Source: Candidatus Caccoplasma intestinavium
Lineage (GTDB): Bacteria; Bacteroidota; Bacteroidia; Bacteroidales; UBA11471
DNA length: 64,000 bases
Direction of reading: 5' to 3'
Assembly (NCBI GenBank): GCA_018715885.1
Contig: DVKT01000063.1
Coordinates: 15,223 to 79,222, forward strand
A program made the translations under genes and the position numbers. The notes under the pieces are model-generated. The model did not search any database. It had not been told where the DNA came from and worked only from the letters and a program-made list of their open reading frames with translations. Of this stretch, positions 9,872-19,270 are shown piece after piece (within the stretch, counting starts at the first letter, position 1; every line of letters begins with the position of its first letter).

Positions 9872-10642
9872 ATGAAAAAGTATATTATATCGTTTACTGT
9901 ATGTATTTGTGCGTCGGTGTTCCCGATATTGGCACAGAACTTGCATGTGGTATTTATTGGGAACAGTATCACGCAGGGTGTCCAGCTGAAAGATGCAAAA
10001 CACGAGGCTCCGCCGGCACAAGCCGCTCTCTTTTTGCAGGAACATATCAAAGGTACGGTAGAGTTCCGAAATTGCGGTCGCAGCGGGCGGACTACGCTCA
10101 ACTTCCTTCCGGTAACGAACACCGAGTTTCCGAAAGTATTGGCTGCTGCCGATGAATTGGCTTCTAAAAAGGGGGTGTTACTCTTTTCGATCATGTTGGG
10201 AACGAACGACAGTGCGGTACGGGGGCCTCTGGGAGCTCCGGTACACCCCGTCTCTTATTATACCAATGTGCAGGCCATTGTAGATGCCTTGCTCGATCGT
10301 TACCCGAAGGCTCTTGTCGTTTTGCATCGCCCTACATGGTATAGTCCTAACACCTATAATTCGTCGACCTATTTGGCAGAAGGACTCAAACGTTTGCAAT
10401 CGTATTCGCCGATGCTCGATAAGTTGGTCGAGCATTATGCCGTAACCTCACCCGATCGGGTTTTTCTGGGTGATACGCTTGCCTTCGATTATTTCAAAGA
10501 AAATCATTTGACCCATCTTATTCCGGAGTCGGGTCAGGCAGGGACGTTTTATCTTCATCCTAATAAGTCGGGGGCTCGGGAATTGGGACGTTTTTGGTCG
10601 GAGGCCATATTGCGCTGTTTGCCCGGTAAGATGAAGAAGTAG
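9872..10642 (+). CDS. SGNH/GDSL-family hydrolase (probable carbohydrate acetylesterase)
   Basis: SGNH blocks FIGNSITQG (I), CGRSGRTT (II), MLGTNDS (III) and LHPNKSG (V), plus a signal peptide. Substrate is inferred from context only. Confidence 0.7.
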   Translation: MKKYIISFTVCICASVFPILAQNLHVVFIGNSITQGVQLKDAKHEAPPAQAALFLQEHIKGTVEFRNCGRSGRTTLNFLPVTNTEFPKVLAAADELASKKGVLLFSIMLGTNDSAVRGPLGAPVHPVSYYTNVQAIVDALLDRYPKALVVLHRPTWYSPNTYNSSTYLAEGLKRLQSYSPMLDKLVEHYAVTSPDRVFLGDTLAFDYFKENHLTHLIPESGQAGTFYLHPNKSGARELGRFWSEAILRCLPGKMKK

Positions 10643-10666
10643 AACAGAATGCGGCTTGTAAAATAT

Positions 10667-10975
10667 TTGTCATTCCGAGCGTATGCGAGGAAGCCCTAAC
10701 TATTATTGCCAAGATTCTTCGGTGCTTCACGCCTCAGAATGACAACAATGTCATACCGAACCGAGACCTGTGGCCGAGCGTGAGGAATATCCCAAACAAT
10801 ACCCTGTCATGCTGAGCAGCAGTGAAGCATCTCTCCCTCAACGCTCCTATCCAAGAGGTTCTTCACTCTGTTCGTGCTTTCTTGGTGGGAGATTCTTCAC
10901 TTCGCTAATGTTCCGTTCAGAATGATATGCGTATCATTTCGACCGAAAGCGTAAGTCTGGTGAAAAAAATCTTCG
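10667..10975. repeat. Repeat cluster A: mosaic of about 6-7 short palindromic units (head GTCATTCYGA ... tail GARGAATCYC) in both orientations
   Basis: Read directly, e.g. TGTCATTCCGAGCGTATGCGAGGAAGCCC (10667-) and AGATTCTTCGGTGCTTCACGCCTCAGAATGACA (10712-10744, reverse orientation). It fills the gap between the SGNH esterase stop and the GH43 promoter. Confidence 0.85.
10712..10925. repeat. Left arm of a ~214-bp inverted repeat (partner 15764-15976)
   Basis: By-hand alignment to the reverse complement of 15764-15976 gives about 11 differences. A 122-bp block (10780-10901) is identical. Confidence 0.85.
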
Positions 10976-11093
10976 TTCTTTTTCTTTGATCGAAGAGTAA
11001 TAGGTTTGTTGTATTGAGCCCGGAGACCGATGAGGAAAATTCTGTTGAAAAAAGATTCACTCAAAATAATTTGGATAAATGTATATAAGTTTT

Positions 11094-11101
11094 TAAATTT
11101 G
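11094..11101 (+). promoter_or_regulatory. Candidate -7 box (TAAATTTG) for the GH43-GH51-GH51 module
   Basis: Exact TAnnTTTG match 36 nt upstream of ATG 11137. Confidence 0.4.
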
Positions 11102-11136
11102 TCAAATCAGTGTTTAATATACACTTAATCGAGACC

Positions 11137-12114
11137 ATGAAAAAATTTATCTTATCTATTTGTTGCGTGGCTGCTATGTGTACCGCATCGGCACAAGAGA
11201 GTCATATCTTTCCCGACAGTCTTTACTTATTTTCCTATTTTACCAATAAAGATGCCAATCGGCACGGTATGCACTATGCTTGGAGCCGGGACGGGTATGA
11301 GTGGAATACGGTAGGTAATCCTGTCGGTTTTTTGCAACCCGATACGGCGAGCGATGCACCCCGTTTGCGCGATCCCTTTTTATTGCAAGACAAGAAAGGC
11401 ATGTGGCATTGTGTATGGACGACCGACTGGGAATCTCCGCATATCGGATATGCTTCGTCGCCCGACTTGATACATTGGAGTGAGCCGCAACTCTTGTATG
11501 TCATGCAGAGTGCCGGTTACGAACCTCGAAACTGTTGGGCTCCGGAGATGTTGTATGACGAGGAAAACGACAGATATCTGATATTTTGGGCCAGTACTAT
11601 CAAGGTCGATGGGAAATGGAGAACCGAAGATGGGAAAAAATACGATAACCGCATGTATTATACGGCTACACGCGATTTTAAAACGTTCTCTCCTGCCCGA
11701 CCGTTTCTCGATTACGGATACAATGTCATCGATGCGACTGTGCGTCGTGTTGGCGAGACCTATTACATGATTTACAAAGACGAGCGGGAATTGCCGTCGC
11801 CCCATAAATATTTGTTGGTAGCGACATCGAAACATGCGGCAGGACCTTATGTCCCGCTTACCGGGAAACCGTTTACACCCTCATGGGTCGAAGGTCCTTC
11901 CTTTATAAGGTTGCCCGATGGTACGTTTATATGTTATATGGATAATTATCGTAAGCATCGTTATAGTGCAATGACAACTCGTGATTTTATTCATTGGGAG
12001 GAAGCACCCCGCAAGCTTTCCTTGCCTTCGGGTGCGGCTCACGGAGCTGTACTGAAAGTACCCTCTTCGGTTGTCGATACGTTGCTTCGCTATGCTTCCG
12101 GACGTTTTGAATAA
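11137..12114 (+). CDS. GH43-like five-bladed beta-propeller glycoside hydrolase (arabinan/arabinofuranoside-active by context)
   Basis: GH43-type catalytic-residue contexts LRDPFLLQD, NCWAPEMLY, NVIDATVRR and WVEGPSFIRL. Signal peptide MKKFILSICCVAAMCTASAQ. The GTG extension from 11110 was trimmed. Confidence 0.7.
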   Translation: MKKFILSICCVAAMCTASAQESHIFPDSLYLFSYFTNKDANRHGMHYAWSRDGYEWNTVGNPVGFLQPDTASDAPRLRDPFLLQDKKGMWHCVWTTDWESPHIGYASSPDLIHWSEPQLLYVMQSAGYEPRNCWAPEMLYDEENDRYLIFWASTIKVDGKWRTEDGKKYDNRMYYTATRDFKTFSPARPFLDYGYNVIDATVRRVGETYYMIYKDERELPSPHKYLLVATSKHAAGPYVPLTGKPFTPSWVEGPSFIRLPDGTFICYMDNYRKHRYSAMTTRDFIHWEEAPRKLSLPSGAAHGAVLKVPSSVVDTLLRYASGRFE

Positions 12115-12150
12115 AGGCTTTTTCGAATCCATGCTTAAATCGATACTGTG

Positions 12151-14103
12151 ATGAAAACAAAAAAACTATCTTTTTTGCTGCTGCTGGTGGTAATCGTTTT
12201 TCCGTTGTCGGCTCAACGTACGTTGTCTGTCTCGGTGAAACCCGGGGCGGAGATAAATCCCGATATGTACGGCGTGTTTTTCGAAGATATCAACTTTGGA
12301 GCCGACGGCGGATTGTATGCCGAGTTGGTGAAAAACCGTTCTTTCGAGTTTGATTATCCCCTTATGGGGTGGACTCCGTTCGGAAAAGTTTCGGTCGAGA
12401 CCGAAGATCCGGCTTTTGATAGGAATCCGCATTATGTGCGTCTTACCGAGGAAGGTACATACAAACGAGCCGGATTACAGAATGAAGGATTCGTCGAGGG
12501 TATGAGTCTTGTCAAAGGTAAAGAATACCGTTTGACTTTTTATGCCCGGTTGCATGGAGAAAAGCCGGTTCGGTTGCGTTTCGAGTTTATAACATCGTCA
12601 AATAATTCCATGTCGTCTGAGAAAGTCGAAGTATCTTCGCTTGATTGGAAGAAATATACCATTTTGTTGAAAGCCGGGAAGACTGATGCTCATGCCCGGT
12701 TGCGTCTGAGTTTGGAGACGAAAGGCGTCCTCGACATCGACCATATTTCGCTTTTCCCTGTCGATACGTGGAAGGGACGGGAGAATGGTTTACGTCGGGA
12801 TTTGGTACAGGCCCTTTATGATTTACGCCCCGGCGTACTTCGTTTTCCCGGAGGTTGTATTGTTGAAGGGGCTAACCTCGATACCCGTTATCAGTGGAAA
12901 AATACAGTAGGACCGGTCGAGAATCGTCCTTATAACGATAACCGATGGAACTACACTTTTCGCCATCGTCTCTATCCCGATTATTACCAAAGTTATGGCT
13001 TGGGTTTCTATGAATACTTCTTGTTGTGCGAGGATATAGGAGCAGAACCGTTGCCGGTATTGAATTGCGGCATGGGTTGCCAATACCAGTCGGGAGAACT
13101 TGTCCCGCTTGACGAAATAGACTCTTATGTACAAGACGCATTGGATCTGGTGGAGTTTGCCAATGGAGACACCACGACACAATGGGGCGGCTTGCGTGCC
13201 CGCATGGGACACCCCGAACCGTTCGGACTGAAATATCTCGGTATCGGCAATGAGCAGTGGGGCGAAGAATTTGTAAAACGGGAAGCACTGTTTGTGGAGG
13301 CTTTACGCAAACAGTGCCCCGGGATTCTTATCGTAGGCTCTTCGGGTCCGTCGGCCGACGGGGATCGATTTGACTACCTGTGGCCCGAAATGAAACGTCT
13401 CGGCGTAGATTTTGTCGATGAGCATTATTACAAACCGCCCGAGTGGTTCTATGACAATGCCGGCCGCTACGACGGCTATGACCGCAAAGGTCCGAAAGTA
13501 TATGCCGGCGAATATGCTTCGCATCACAAGACACGGGCCAATAATTTTGAAACGGCGCTTTCCGAGGCGGCATTTCTCACCGGTGTGGAGCGTAATGCCG
13601 ATGTCGTGCGATTGGCTACTTACGCACCGCTTTTCGCCCATGTAGATGCTTGGCAGTGGCGTCCCGATATGATTTGGTTCGATAACAGTCGGGTACTTCT
13701 TACCCCCAATTATTATGTCCAGCAGCTCTACTCTCACCACAAAGGAACGCATACATTGCGTCTTACCGAGAACGGCGAGCCGGTGAATGGTCGGGAGGAT
13801 CTTTATGCCAGTGCCGTGTACGATGCCGACTCTTCGCGTATCATCGTGAAGATAGTCAATACGGCAATCGTCGAGCAGAAGGTTGTTTTGCGTTTCGACG
13901 GGTTGAAGCGTCGGCAGGCCTTGCAGGATAGGGCTCCTATCATATACTTGCAAGCCGATGATAAAGAGGCGGTCAATACCTTTAAAGAACCCGAGGCGAT
14001 CGTGCCGCAAATGTCGGTTGCCGAAGTTTCCGGCAAGGAGTGTCGCTTGACCCTTTCTCCGCAATCGTTTCAGGTGATTTCCATACTCTTTGTTTCCAAA
14101 TAA
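12151..14103 (+). CDS. GH51 alpha-L-arabinofuranosidase with N-terminal CBM-like beta-sandwich
   Basis: RFPGGCIVEG, YLGIGNEQWG (acid/base Glu context) and VYAGEYASH, with a C-terminal arabinofuranosidase-type beta-domain and a signal peptide. Start moved from GTG 12148 to ATG 12151. Confidence 0.85.
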   Translation: MKTKKLSFLLLLVVIVFPLSAQRTLSVSVKPGAEINPDMYGVFFEDINFGADGGLYAELVKNRSFEFDYPLMGWTPFGKVSVETEDPAFDRNPHYVRLTEEGTYKRAGLQNEGFVEGMSLVKGKEYRLTFYARLHGEKPVRLRFEFITSSNNSMSSEKVEVSSLDWKKYTILLKAGKTDAHARLRLSLETKGVLDIDHISLFPVDTWKGRENGLRRDLVQALYDLRPGVLRFPGGCIVEGANLDTRYQWKNTVGPVENRPYNDNRWNYTFRHRLYPDYYQSYGLGFYEYFLLCEDIGAEPLPVLNCGMGCQYQSGELVPLDEIDSYVQDALDLVEFANGDTTTQWGGLRARMGHPEPFGLKYLGIGNEQWGEEFVKREALFVEALRKQCPGILIVGSSGPSADGDRFDYLWPEMKRLGVDFVDEHYYKPPEWFYDNAGRYDGYDRKGPKVYAGEYASHHKTRANNFETALSEAAFLTGVERNADVVRLATYAPLFAHVDAWQWRPDMIWFDNSRVLLTPNYYVQQLYSHHKGTHTLRLTENGEPVNGREDLYASAVYDADSSRIIVKIVNTAIVEQKVVLRFDGLKRRQALQDRAPIIYLQADDKEAVNTFKEPEAIVPQMSVAEVSGKECRLTLSPQSFQVISILFVSK

Positions 14104-14121
14104 TCTTTGAAATCATATACT

Positions 14122-15654
14122 ATGAAAAAACTTTTTTGTTCGCTCTTTTTGGCCGCATGTACGTGTACAATGAGTGCACAAGATGTGGTAACGGTGGCGG
14201 TTCACCCTTCGCAGGGTACACAGAAGATCAGCCGTCATATCTACGGGCAGTTTGCCGAGCATCTGGGAACTTGTATTTATGGTGGATTATGGGTCGGCGA
14301 GGAGTCGCCTATTCCCAATACCAAAGGGTATCGTACCGACGTGCTTGAAGCGCTCAAACGTCTCGATATTCCCAATCTCCGGTGGCCGGGCGGCTGTTTT
14401 GCCGATGAATACCACTGGATGGACGGCATAGGTCCTCGTAACGAGCGTCCCAAGATGAGTAACAACAACTGGGGCGGACTGGTCGAAGACAACAGTTTCG
14501 GTACGCATGAGTTTCTCAATCTTTGCGAAATACTCGGTTGTGAGCCTTATGTAAGTCTCAATGTAGGGAGTGGAACGGTCGAGGAAATGGCCAAATGGGT
14601 GGAATACATGACTTCCGACGGAGATACCCCGATGGCCAAACTGCGGCGGGAGAACGGTCGCGATAAGGCGTGGAAAGTACGTTTTATCGGAGTCGGTAAC
14701 GAAAGTTGGGGATGCGGTGGGAATATGCGTCCCGAGTATTACGCCGATCTGTACCGTCGTTATGCGACTTATTGCCGTAATTACGACGGGAATCGCTTGT
14801 TCAAAATCGCTTGCGGAGCCGGCGAGTATGACCTGAACTGGACGGAAACGATGATGAAACGGGTCGGAACCCGCATGAACGGTTTATCGCTCCACTATTA
14901 TACCGTAACGGGTTGGAAAGGAAAGAAAGGTTCGGCGACAGAGTTCGATGACGAAGATTATTACTGGACGATAGGCAAGTGTCTCGACATCGAGAACGCG
15001 ATCAAGGCACACATCGCCATTATGGACAAGTACGATCCGCAGAAGCGGGTGGGGCTTATGGTCGACGAGTGGGGCACATGGTGGGAACCCGAGCCCGGTA
15101 CGCAGCTTTTCCAGCAGAACACGCTGCGCGATGCTTTTGTAGCCGCCCTTTCGCTCAATGTTTTCCATAAGTATGTCGACCGCATACGCATGACGAATAT
15201 CGCTCAGGTTGTCAACGTTTTGCAATCGATGATTCTCACTCGGGGCGATAAGATGGTACTCACGCCTACCTATTATGTCTATGAGATGTACCGGCCACAT
15301 CAGGACGCTGTTTACCTTCCGCTCGACATTGACGCGCCTATTCGTAAGGTACGCGATGACCGCACGATACCGTTGGTAAGTGCAACGGCTTCTCGCGATG
15401 AGCAGGGTCGCATACATGTTTCTTTGGCGAATGTCGATGTCGATAAGTCGCGGAAGGTGCGTGTTACGCTCGATGAGGTGAAAGCGACAAAGGTATCGGG
15501 AACGATATTGACTTCGAAAAAGATAACCGACCTCAATACATTCGAGAAGCCCGATAAAGTAAAATTGGTTCCTTTCAAGGGCGCGAAGTTGGCGAAAGGG
15601 GTCGTTGAGGTGAATTTGCCGGCACATTCCATCGTTACACTCGAAATCGAATAA
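14122..15654 (+). CDS. GH51 alpha-L-arabinofuranosidase (AbfA-like)
   Basis: [27 protein letters not shown] (acid/base) and [10 protein letters not shown] (nucleophile). Signal peptide [20 protein letters not shown]. The TTG extension from 14107 was trimmed. Confidence 0.9.
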   Translation: MKKLFCSLFLAACTCTMSAQDVVTVAVHPSQGTQKISRHIYGQFAEHLGTCIYGGLWVGEESPIPNTKGYRTDVLEALKRLDIPNLRWPGGCFADEYHWMDGIGPRNERPKMSNNNWGGLVEDNSFGTHEFLNLCEILGCEPYVSLNVGSGTVEEMAKWVEYMTSDGDTPMAKLRRENGRDKAWKVRFIGVGNESWGCGGNMRPEYYADLYRRYATYCRNYDGNRLFKIACGAGEYDLNWTETMMKRVGTRMNGLSLHYYTVTGWKGKKGSATEFDDEDYYWTIGKCLDIENAIKAHIAIMDKYDPQKRVGLMVDEWGTWWEPEPGTQLFQQNTLRDAFVAALSLNVFHKYVDRIRMTNIAQVVNVLQSMILTRGDKMVLTPTYYVYEMYRPHQDAVYLPLDIDAPIRKVRDDRTIPLVSATASRDEQGRIHVSLANVDVDKSRKVRVTLDEVKATKVSGTILTSKKITDLNTFEKPDKVKLVPFKGAKLAKGVVEVNLPAHSIVTLEIE

Positions 15655-15660
15655 CAAAAA

Positions 15661-16093
15661 CTGTTATTCTGAACGTAGCATTAGCAAAGCAATGAATCCC
15701 TTGCCAAAATATATGTCATTCTGACGACTGTGAGGGAGGAAGAATCTCCTGCAAACTCCATTGTCATTCTGAACGGAATGCAGTGGAGTGAAGAATCTCC
15801 CACCAAGAAAGCACGAACAGAGTGAAGAACCTCTTGGATAGGAGCGTTGAGGGAGAGATGCTTCACTGCTGCTCAGCATGACAGGGTATTGTTTGGGATA
15901 TTCCTCACGTTCGACCACAGGTCTCGGTTCGGAATGACATTATTGTCATTCTGAGGCGTGAAGCGCCGAAGAATCTCAAACAAATTGCAGAAGATTCCTC
16001 ATATTCATTCGGAATGACAAGCGGTCAAAAAGGCGAGAGATTCCTCGCATACGCTCGGAATAACAAAGGGCTTCCACCTTCGCTCGGAACGAC
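15661..16093. repeat. Repeat cluster B: about 10 units of the same palindromic family, largely inverted relative to cluster A
   Basis: Units read directly, e.g. GTCATTCTGAACGGAATGCAGTGGAGTGAAGAATCTCC (15763-15800) and TGTCATTCTGAGGCGTGAAGCGCCGAAGAATCTC (15944-15977). It starts 7 nt after the GH51 stop. Confidence 0.85.
15764..15976. repeat. Right arm of the ~214-bp inverted repeat (partner 10712-10925)
   Basis: Its reverse complement matches 10712-10925 at roughly 95 % identity by hand alignment. Confidence 0.85.
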
Positions 16094-16256
16094 TGTATGC
16101 TAAATGTTGGCGAATATCTCCTATATATTAACGTACTCTACATGCAAGCGCAATTTGATGGAGAAGAAGATATGTCCGCATTTATCGGGCTGTCCTCTGC
16201 CCGGAATGACGACAGCGGCAGAGGGCGGCCGTTTGGAAATTTATAAGGAAATGCCT

Positions 16257-16264
16257 ACCTTTGC
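16257..16264 (+). promoter_or_regulatory. Candidate -7 box (TACCTTTG) for the acetylesterase-GH105 module
   Basis: Exact TAnnTTTG match 79 nt upstream of ATG 16343. Confidence 0.3.
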
Positions 16265-16342
16265 CTTGTCTGCCGACAGGTTGGGGTAGGTTTCTGTTTT
16301 TATTCTTCCTTTCGGTTGCGAACAGTTATTTAAGAAATACCG

Positions 16343-17875
16343 ATGAAAGCACCTGCAATCACATTTTCTCTCGCCCTGTTTTTCTTTGTACTCTCGTTTT
16401 CGGGAGCAAAAGCCGATGTGAAACTTCCGGCTGTTTTGTCCGATAATATGGTCTTGCAACAGGATACCCGTGCCCGCATTTGGGGAAAAGCCGCACCCGG
16501 TGAGAAAATCACCGTCTCTGTTTCATGGAGTCGCAAAAAACAGAAGACCGTTGCCGCTGCCGATAGCAGTTGGCTGGTCGAAATCGTTACTCCGGTAGCC
16601 TCGACCGAACCCGGCTCGTTGACCGTGAAAGGCCGTAATACCGTCGAGATAAAAAATGTCCTTATCGGGGAAGTGTGGCTCTGTTCGGGGCAGTCCAATA
16701 TGGAGTTTCCCGTAGACCGCGATACGACCAGCCGGTGGAAAAACGCCATGACCACCGTCAAGGAGGAGTTGCAGAACGCCGACTATCCCGAGATCCGTTT
16801 TTTTAGGGTCGAACATCAACTGGCGCCCGATGCCCCCGCCGATGATTGCAGCGGTGTGTGGGAGGTTTGCACCCCGGCGACTGCTGCCCGTTTTTCGGCC
16901 GTCGGATTTATTTTCGGCCGCAAGATACATAACGAGATACACCGTCCCGTAGGGCTTATACAGTCGACGTGGGGCGGCACTCATGCCGAGTCATGGACCA
17001 AGAAAGAGGCCATGCAGGGTGTTTATTACGACAATTTACGGGCAGAACAGAAAAGCATTATCGAGAATGCTCCGGCTGAGAAAAAACGGTATGAGCGGGA
17101 AATAGCCGCATATAAAACGGCCAAAGCCATCAATCCCGATACCGTGCTGAAAACCCCTGATAAAGCGAAGAAACTCAACGACAATCTGCGTATGTCGACC
17201 CTTTGGAACGGCATGATCAATCCCATATTGCCCTATACCATCAAAGGGGTTATCTGGTATCAGGGAGAGAGCAACGACAGTCGGGCGGCCGATTACCAGA
17301 TGGTGTTTACCAACCTTATCCGCAGTTGGCGGGCCGAGTGGAAGCAGGGCGATTTCCCTTTCTATTTCGTGCAGATAGCGCCTTATCGCAAACAATCGCC
17401 TACCTTGCGCGAAGGGCAACTGCGCACATGGCAGACGGTGAAAAATACCGGTATGGCCGTTATTACCGATGCGGGCGACTCGACCAACATTCACCCTCGT
17501 AACAAAGTCATTCCCGGCGAGCGTCTCGCATACTGGGCCTTGTCGCACGATTACGACATCGATGTGCCGTATATGGGACCTGTATATAAGAGCATGACGG
17601 TGAGGGGAGGCGTAGCCGAGTTGTCGTTCGATTATACGGGATCGGGGCTCGACTCCAAAGGGCAACCCCTCAAAGGCTTTGTCATAGCCGGCGACGACGG
17701 TGTGTTCTATCCGGCGCAAGCCGTTATCAGAGGCGATAAGGTCGAAGTATCGTCGCCCCAAGTGTCGTTGCCCGTAGCGGTACGTTACGGGTGGGATAAG
17801 TTTTTCCGGGTCAATCTCTATAACCGCGAAGGATTGCCGGCGACACCGTTCCGTACCGATGACTGGAAATTGTAA
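16343..17875 (+). CDS. Sialate-O-acetylesterase-like (SASA family) carbohydrate acetylesterase
   Basis: Hallmark GEVWLCSGQSNME catalytic-Ser motif, WGGTHAESW, VIWYQGESN, a length of about 510 aa and a signal peptide. Confidence 0.8.
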   Translation: MKAPAITFSLALFFFVLSFSGAKADVKLPAVLSDNMVLQQDTRARIWGKAAPGEKITVSVSWSRKKQKTVAAADSSWLVEIVTPVASTEPGSLTVKGRNTVEIKNVLIGEVWLCSGQSNMEFPVDRDTTSRWKNAMTTVKEELQNADYPEIRFFRVEHQLAPDAPADDCSGVWEVCTPATAARFSAVGFIFGRKIHNEIHRPVGLIQSTWGGTHAESWTKKEAMQGVYYDNLRAEQKSIIENAPAEKKRYEREIAAYKTAKAINPDTVLKTPDKAKKLNDNLRMSTLWNGMINPILPYTIKGVIWYQGESNDSRAADYQMVFTNLIRSWRAEWKQGDFPFYFVQIAPYRKQSPTLREGQLRTWQTVKNTGMAVITDAGDSTNIHPRNKVIPGERLAYWALSHDYDIDVPYMGPVYKSMTVRGGVAELSFDYTGSGLDSKGQPLKGFVIAGDDGVFYPAQAVIRGDKVEVSSPQVSLPVAVRYGWDKFFRVNLYNREGLPATPFRTDDWKL

Positions 17876-17898
17876 ATACACATAAAAACAAGAAAAAC

Positions 17899-19098
17899 AT
17901 GAATTGGAAAACCTCTTTTGCCGTTGCGGCCTGTTGCGCGTGTTCGCTTACCCTTTCGGCTCAAAAAATGTCGGTCGAGTTTGCTGAGTCGGAGATGAAG
18001 CGCGCACCCGAGGCTTGGCAGCTCGATCACGGTAAGCGTCTCTTCTTCGGCTATGCTCAGGGTGTGGGCTGTTGCGCCATGCTCGACATGTGGCATTACA
18101 CCGGCGACCGCAAGTACTATGATTATGTGGCCGAGTGGGCCGATACCCTTATCAACGATAAGGGCGAGATCCACCTCTATGAGATGGCCGATTACAATCT
18201 CGATTTCATCAACTCCGGAAAAGTGCTTTTCGATGTCTATGCCGAGACGGGCGATCCCAAGTACAAAAAGGCGATGGACGTTCTTGTCCGTCAGTTGGCA
18301 CGCCAGCCCCGTACCCATGAGGGGGCATTTTGGCATAAACTCATTTATCCTTACCAGATATGGCTCGACGGCCTCTATATGGCATCGCCTTTTCTCGCCC
18401 GTTACGGAGCTACTTTTGATAAACCCGAGTTGATCGATGATGCCGTGAAGCAGTTCCTTATCTGTGCCCGCCGCACTTTCGACAACCGCACGGGACTCTA
18501 TTTCCACGCCTACGACGAGAGCCGCAATCAGCGTTGGGCCGATCCCACTACGGGGCATTCGCCCAATTTCTGGGGACGCAGCATGGGCTGGTGGTTCATG
18601 GCGCTGGTCGATGTGCTCGATTATGTGCCCGAGAATCACCCCCGTCGTGCCGATCTCATCACGATAATCAAGGGCATGGCCGTTACGCTGCCCGAGTATC
18701 AGGATAAGGACGGTCTTTGGTATCAGGTGCTCGACCAGATCGATCGCGAAGGCAACTTTCCCGAGGCTTCTGTTACGTCGCAGTTTATGTATGCCTATGC
18801 CAAGGCGGTAAACAAAGGTTACATCGACTCTTCCTATATCGAGGTTGCGCAGAAGGCTTATGACGGGCTGCGCAAGGAGTTGCTCAAGAAAAATCCCGAC
18901 AAGACGTGGACGCTTACCCGTTGTTGCGCCGTGGGCGGATTGGGCGGCAACAAGTACCGCGACGGCTCGTTCGATTACTATATCCACGAGCGTATGCGCG
19001 ATAACGACGCCAAAGCCACCGGGCCGTTTATCATGGGTTGCATACAACTCGAAAAGTACGAGGCTGCGCATGGGACTCGTCCTGCCCGCAAGCGGTAA
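17899..19098 (+). CDS. GH105 unsaturated rhamnogalacturonyl hydrolase (GH88/GH105 fold)
   Basis: YteR/YesR-like motifs: FWHKLIYPYQIWLDGLYM, FWGRSMGWWFMALVDVLDYVPENHP, GLWYQVLD. Signal peptide present. GH105 is preferred over GH88 because of the pectin context. Confidence 0.8.
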   Translation: MNWKTSFAVAACCACSLTLSAQKMSVEFAESEMKRAPEAWQLDHGKRLFFGYAQGVGCCAMLDMWHYTGDRKYYDYVAEWADTLINDKGEIHLYEMADYNLDFINSGKVLFDVYAETGDPKYKKAMDVLVRQLARQPRTHEGAFWHKLIYPYQIWLDGLYMASPFLARYGATFDKPELIDDAVKQFLICARRTFDNRTGLYFHAYDESRNQRWADPTTGHSPNFWGRSMGWWFMALVDVLDYVPENHPRRADLITIIKGMAVTLPEYQDKDGLWYQVLDQIDREGNFPEASVTSQFMYAYAKAVNKGYIDSSYIEVAQKAYDGLRKELLKKNPDKTWTLTRCCAVGGLGGNKYRDGSFDYYIHERMRDNDAKATGPFIMGCIQLEKYEAAHGTRPARKR

Positions 19099-19157
19099 AA
19101 AAATCCTAAATTTGTTTGGAATAGAGACTCGCTGTCAAAAAAAACAGTTTTAATATC

Positions 19158-19193
19158 AAAAGAGTTATTTCAATACACCGAAATAACTCTTTT
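19158..19193 (+). terminator. Intrinsic terminator after GH105
   Basis: Perfect 14-bp arms AAAAGAGTTATTTC / GAAATAACTCTTTT with an 8-nt loop and a T-rich tail. Confidence 0.7.
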
Positions 19194-19270
19194 CTTTGCC
19201 TGTTAGAAAACTCAAATCATATTGATAGATATTTTTTTCAAGTATAAACTTAACTAATACCAAAAGTATC

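Noticed and set aside
12151-15654. The tandem GH51 genes considered as a recent duplication.
   Set aside because: The two proteins differ in architecture: 650 aa with an N-terminal CBM-like domain versus 510 aa AbfA-like. By eye they share only family-level motifs, so they are distinct GH51 lineages rather than recent paralogues.
15664-15918. The 84-aa ORF here and the 84-aa ORF at 21559-21813 share peptide similarity (YPVMLS.SEAS.PQR.YPRG.SLCS.FLG.RFF), which looks like a conserved small protein family.
   Set aside because: The similarity is the translation of the shared DNA repeat units. One ORF is on the minus strand and the other on the plus strand, consistent with the inverted arrangement of the repeats. 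The 21559 ORF runs through the strong terminator at 21573-21603. There is no promoter or RBS context.
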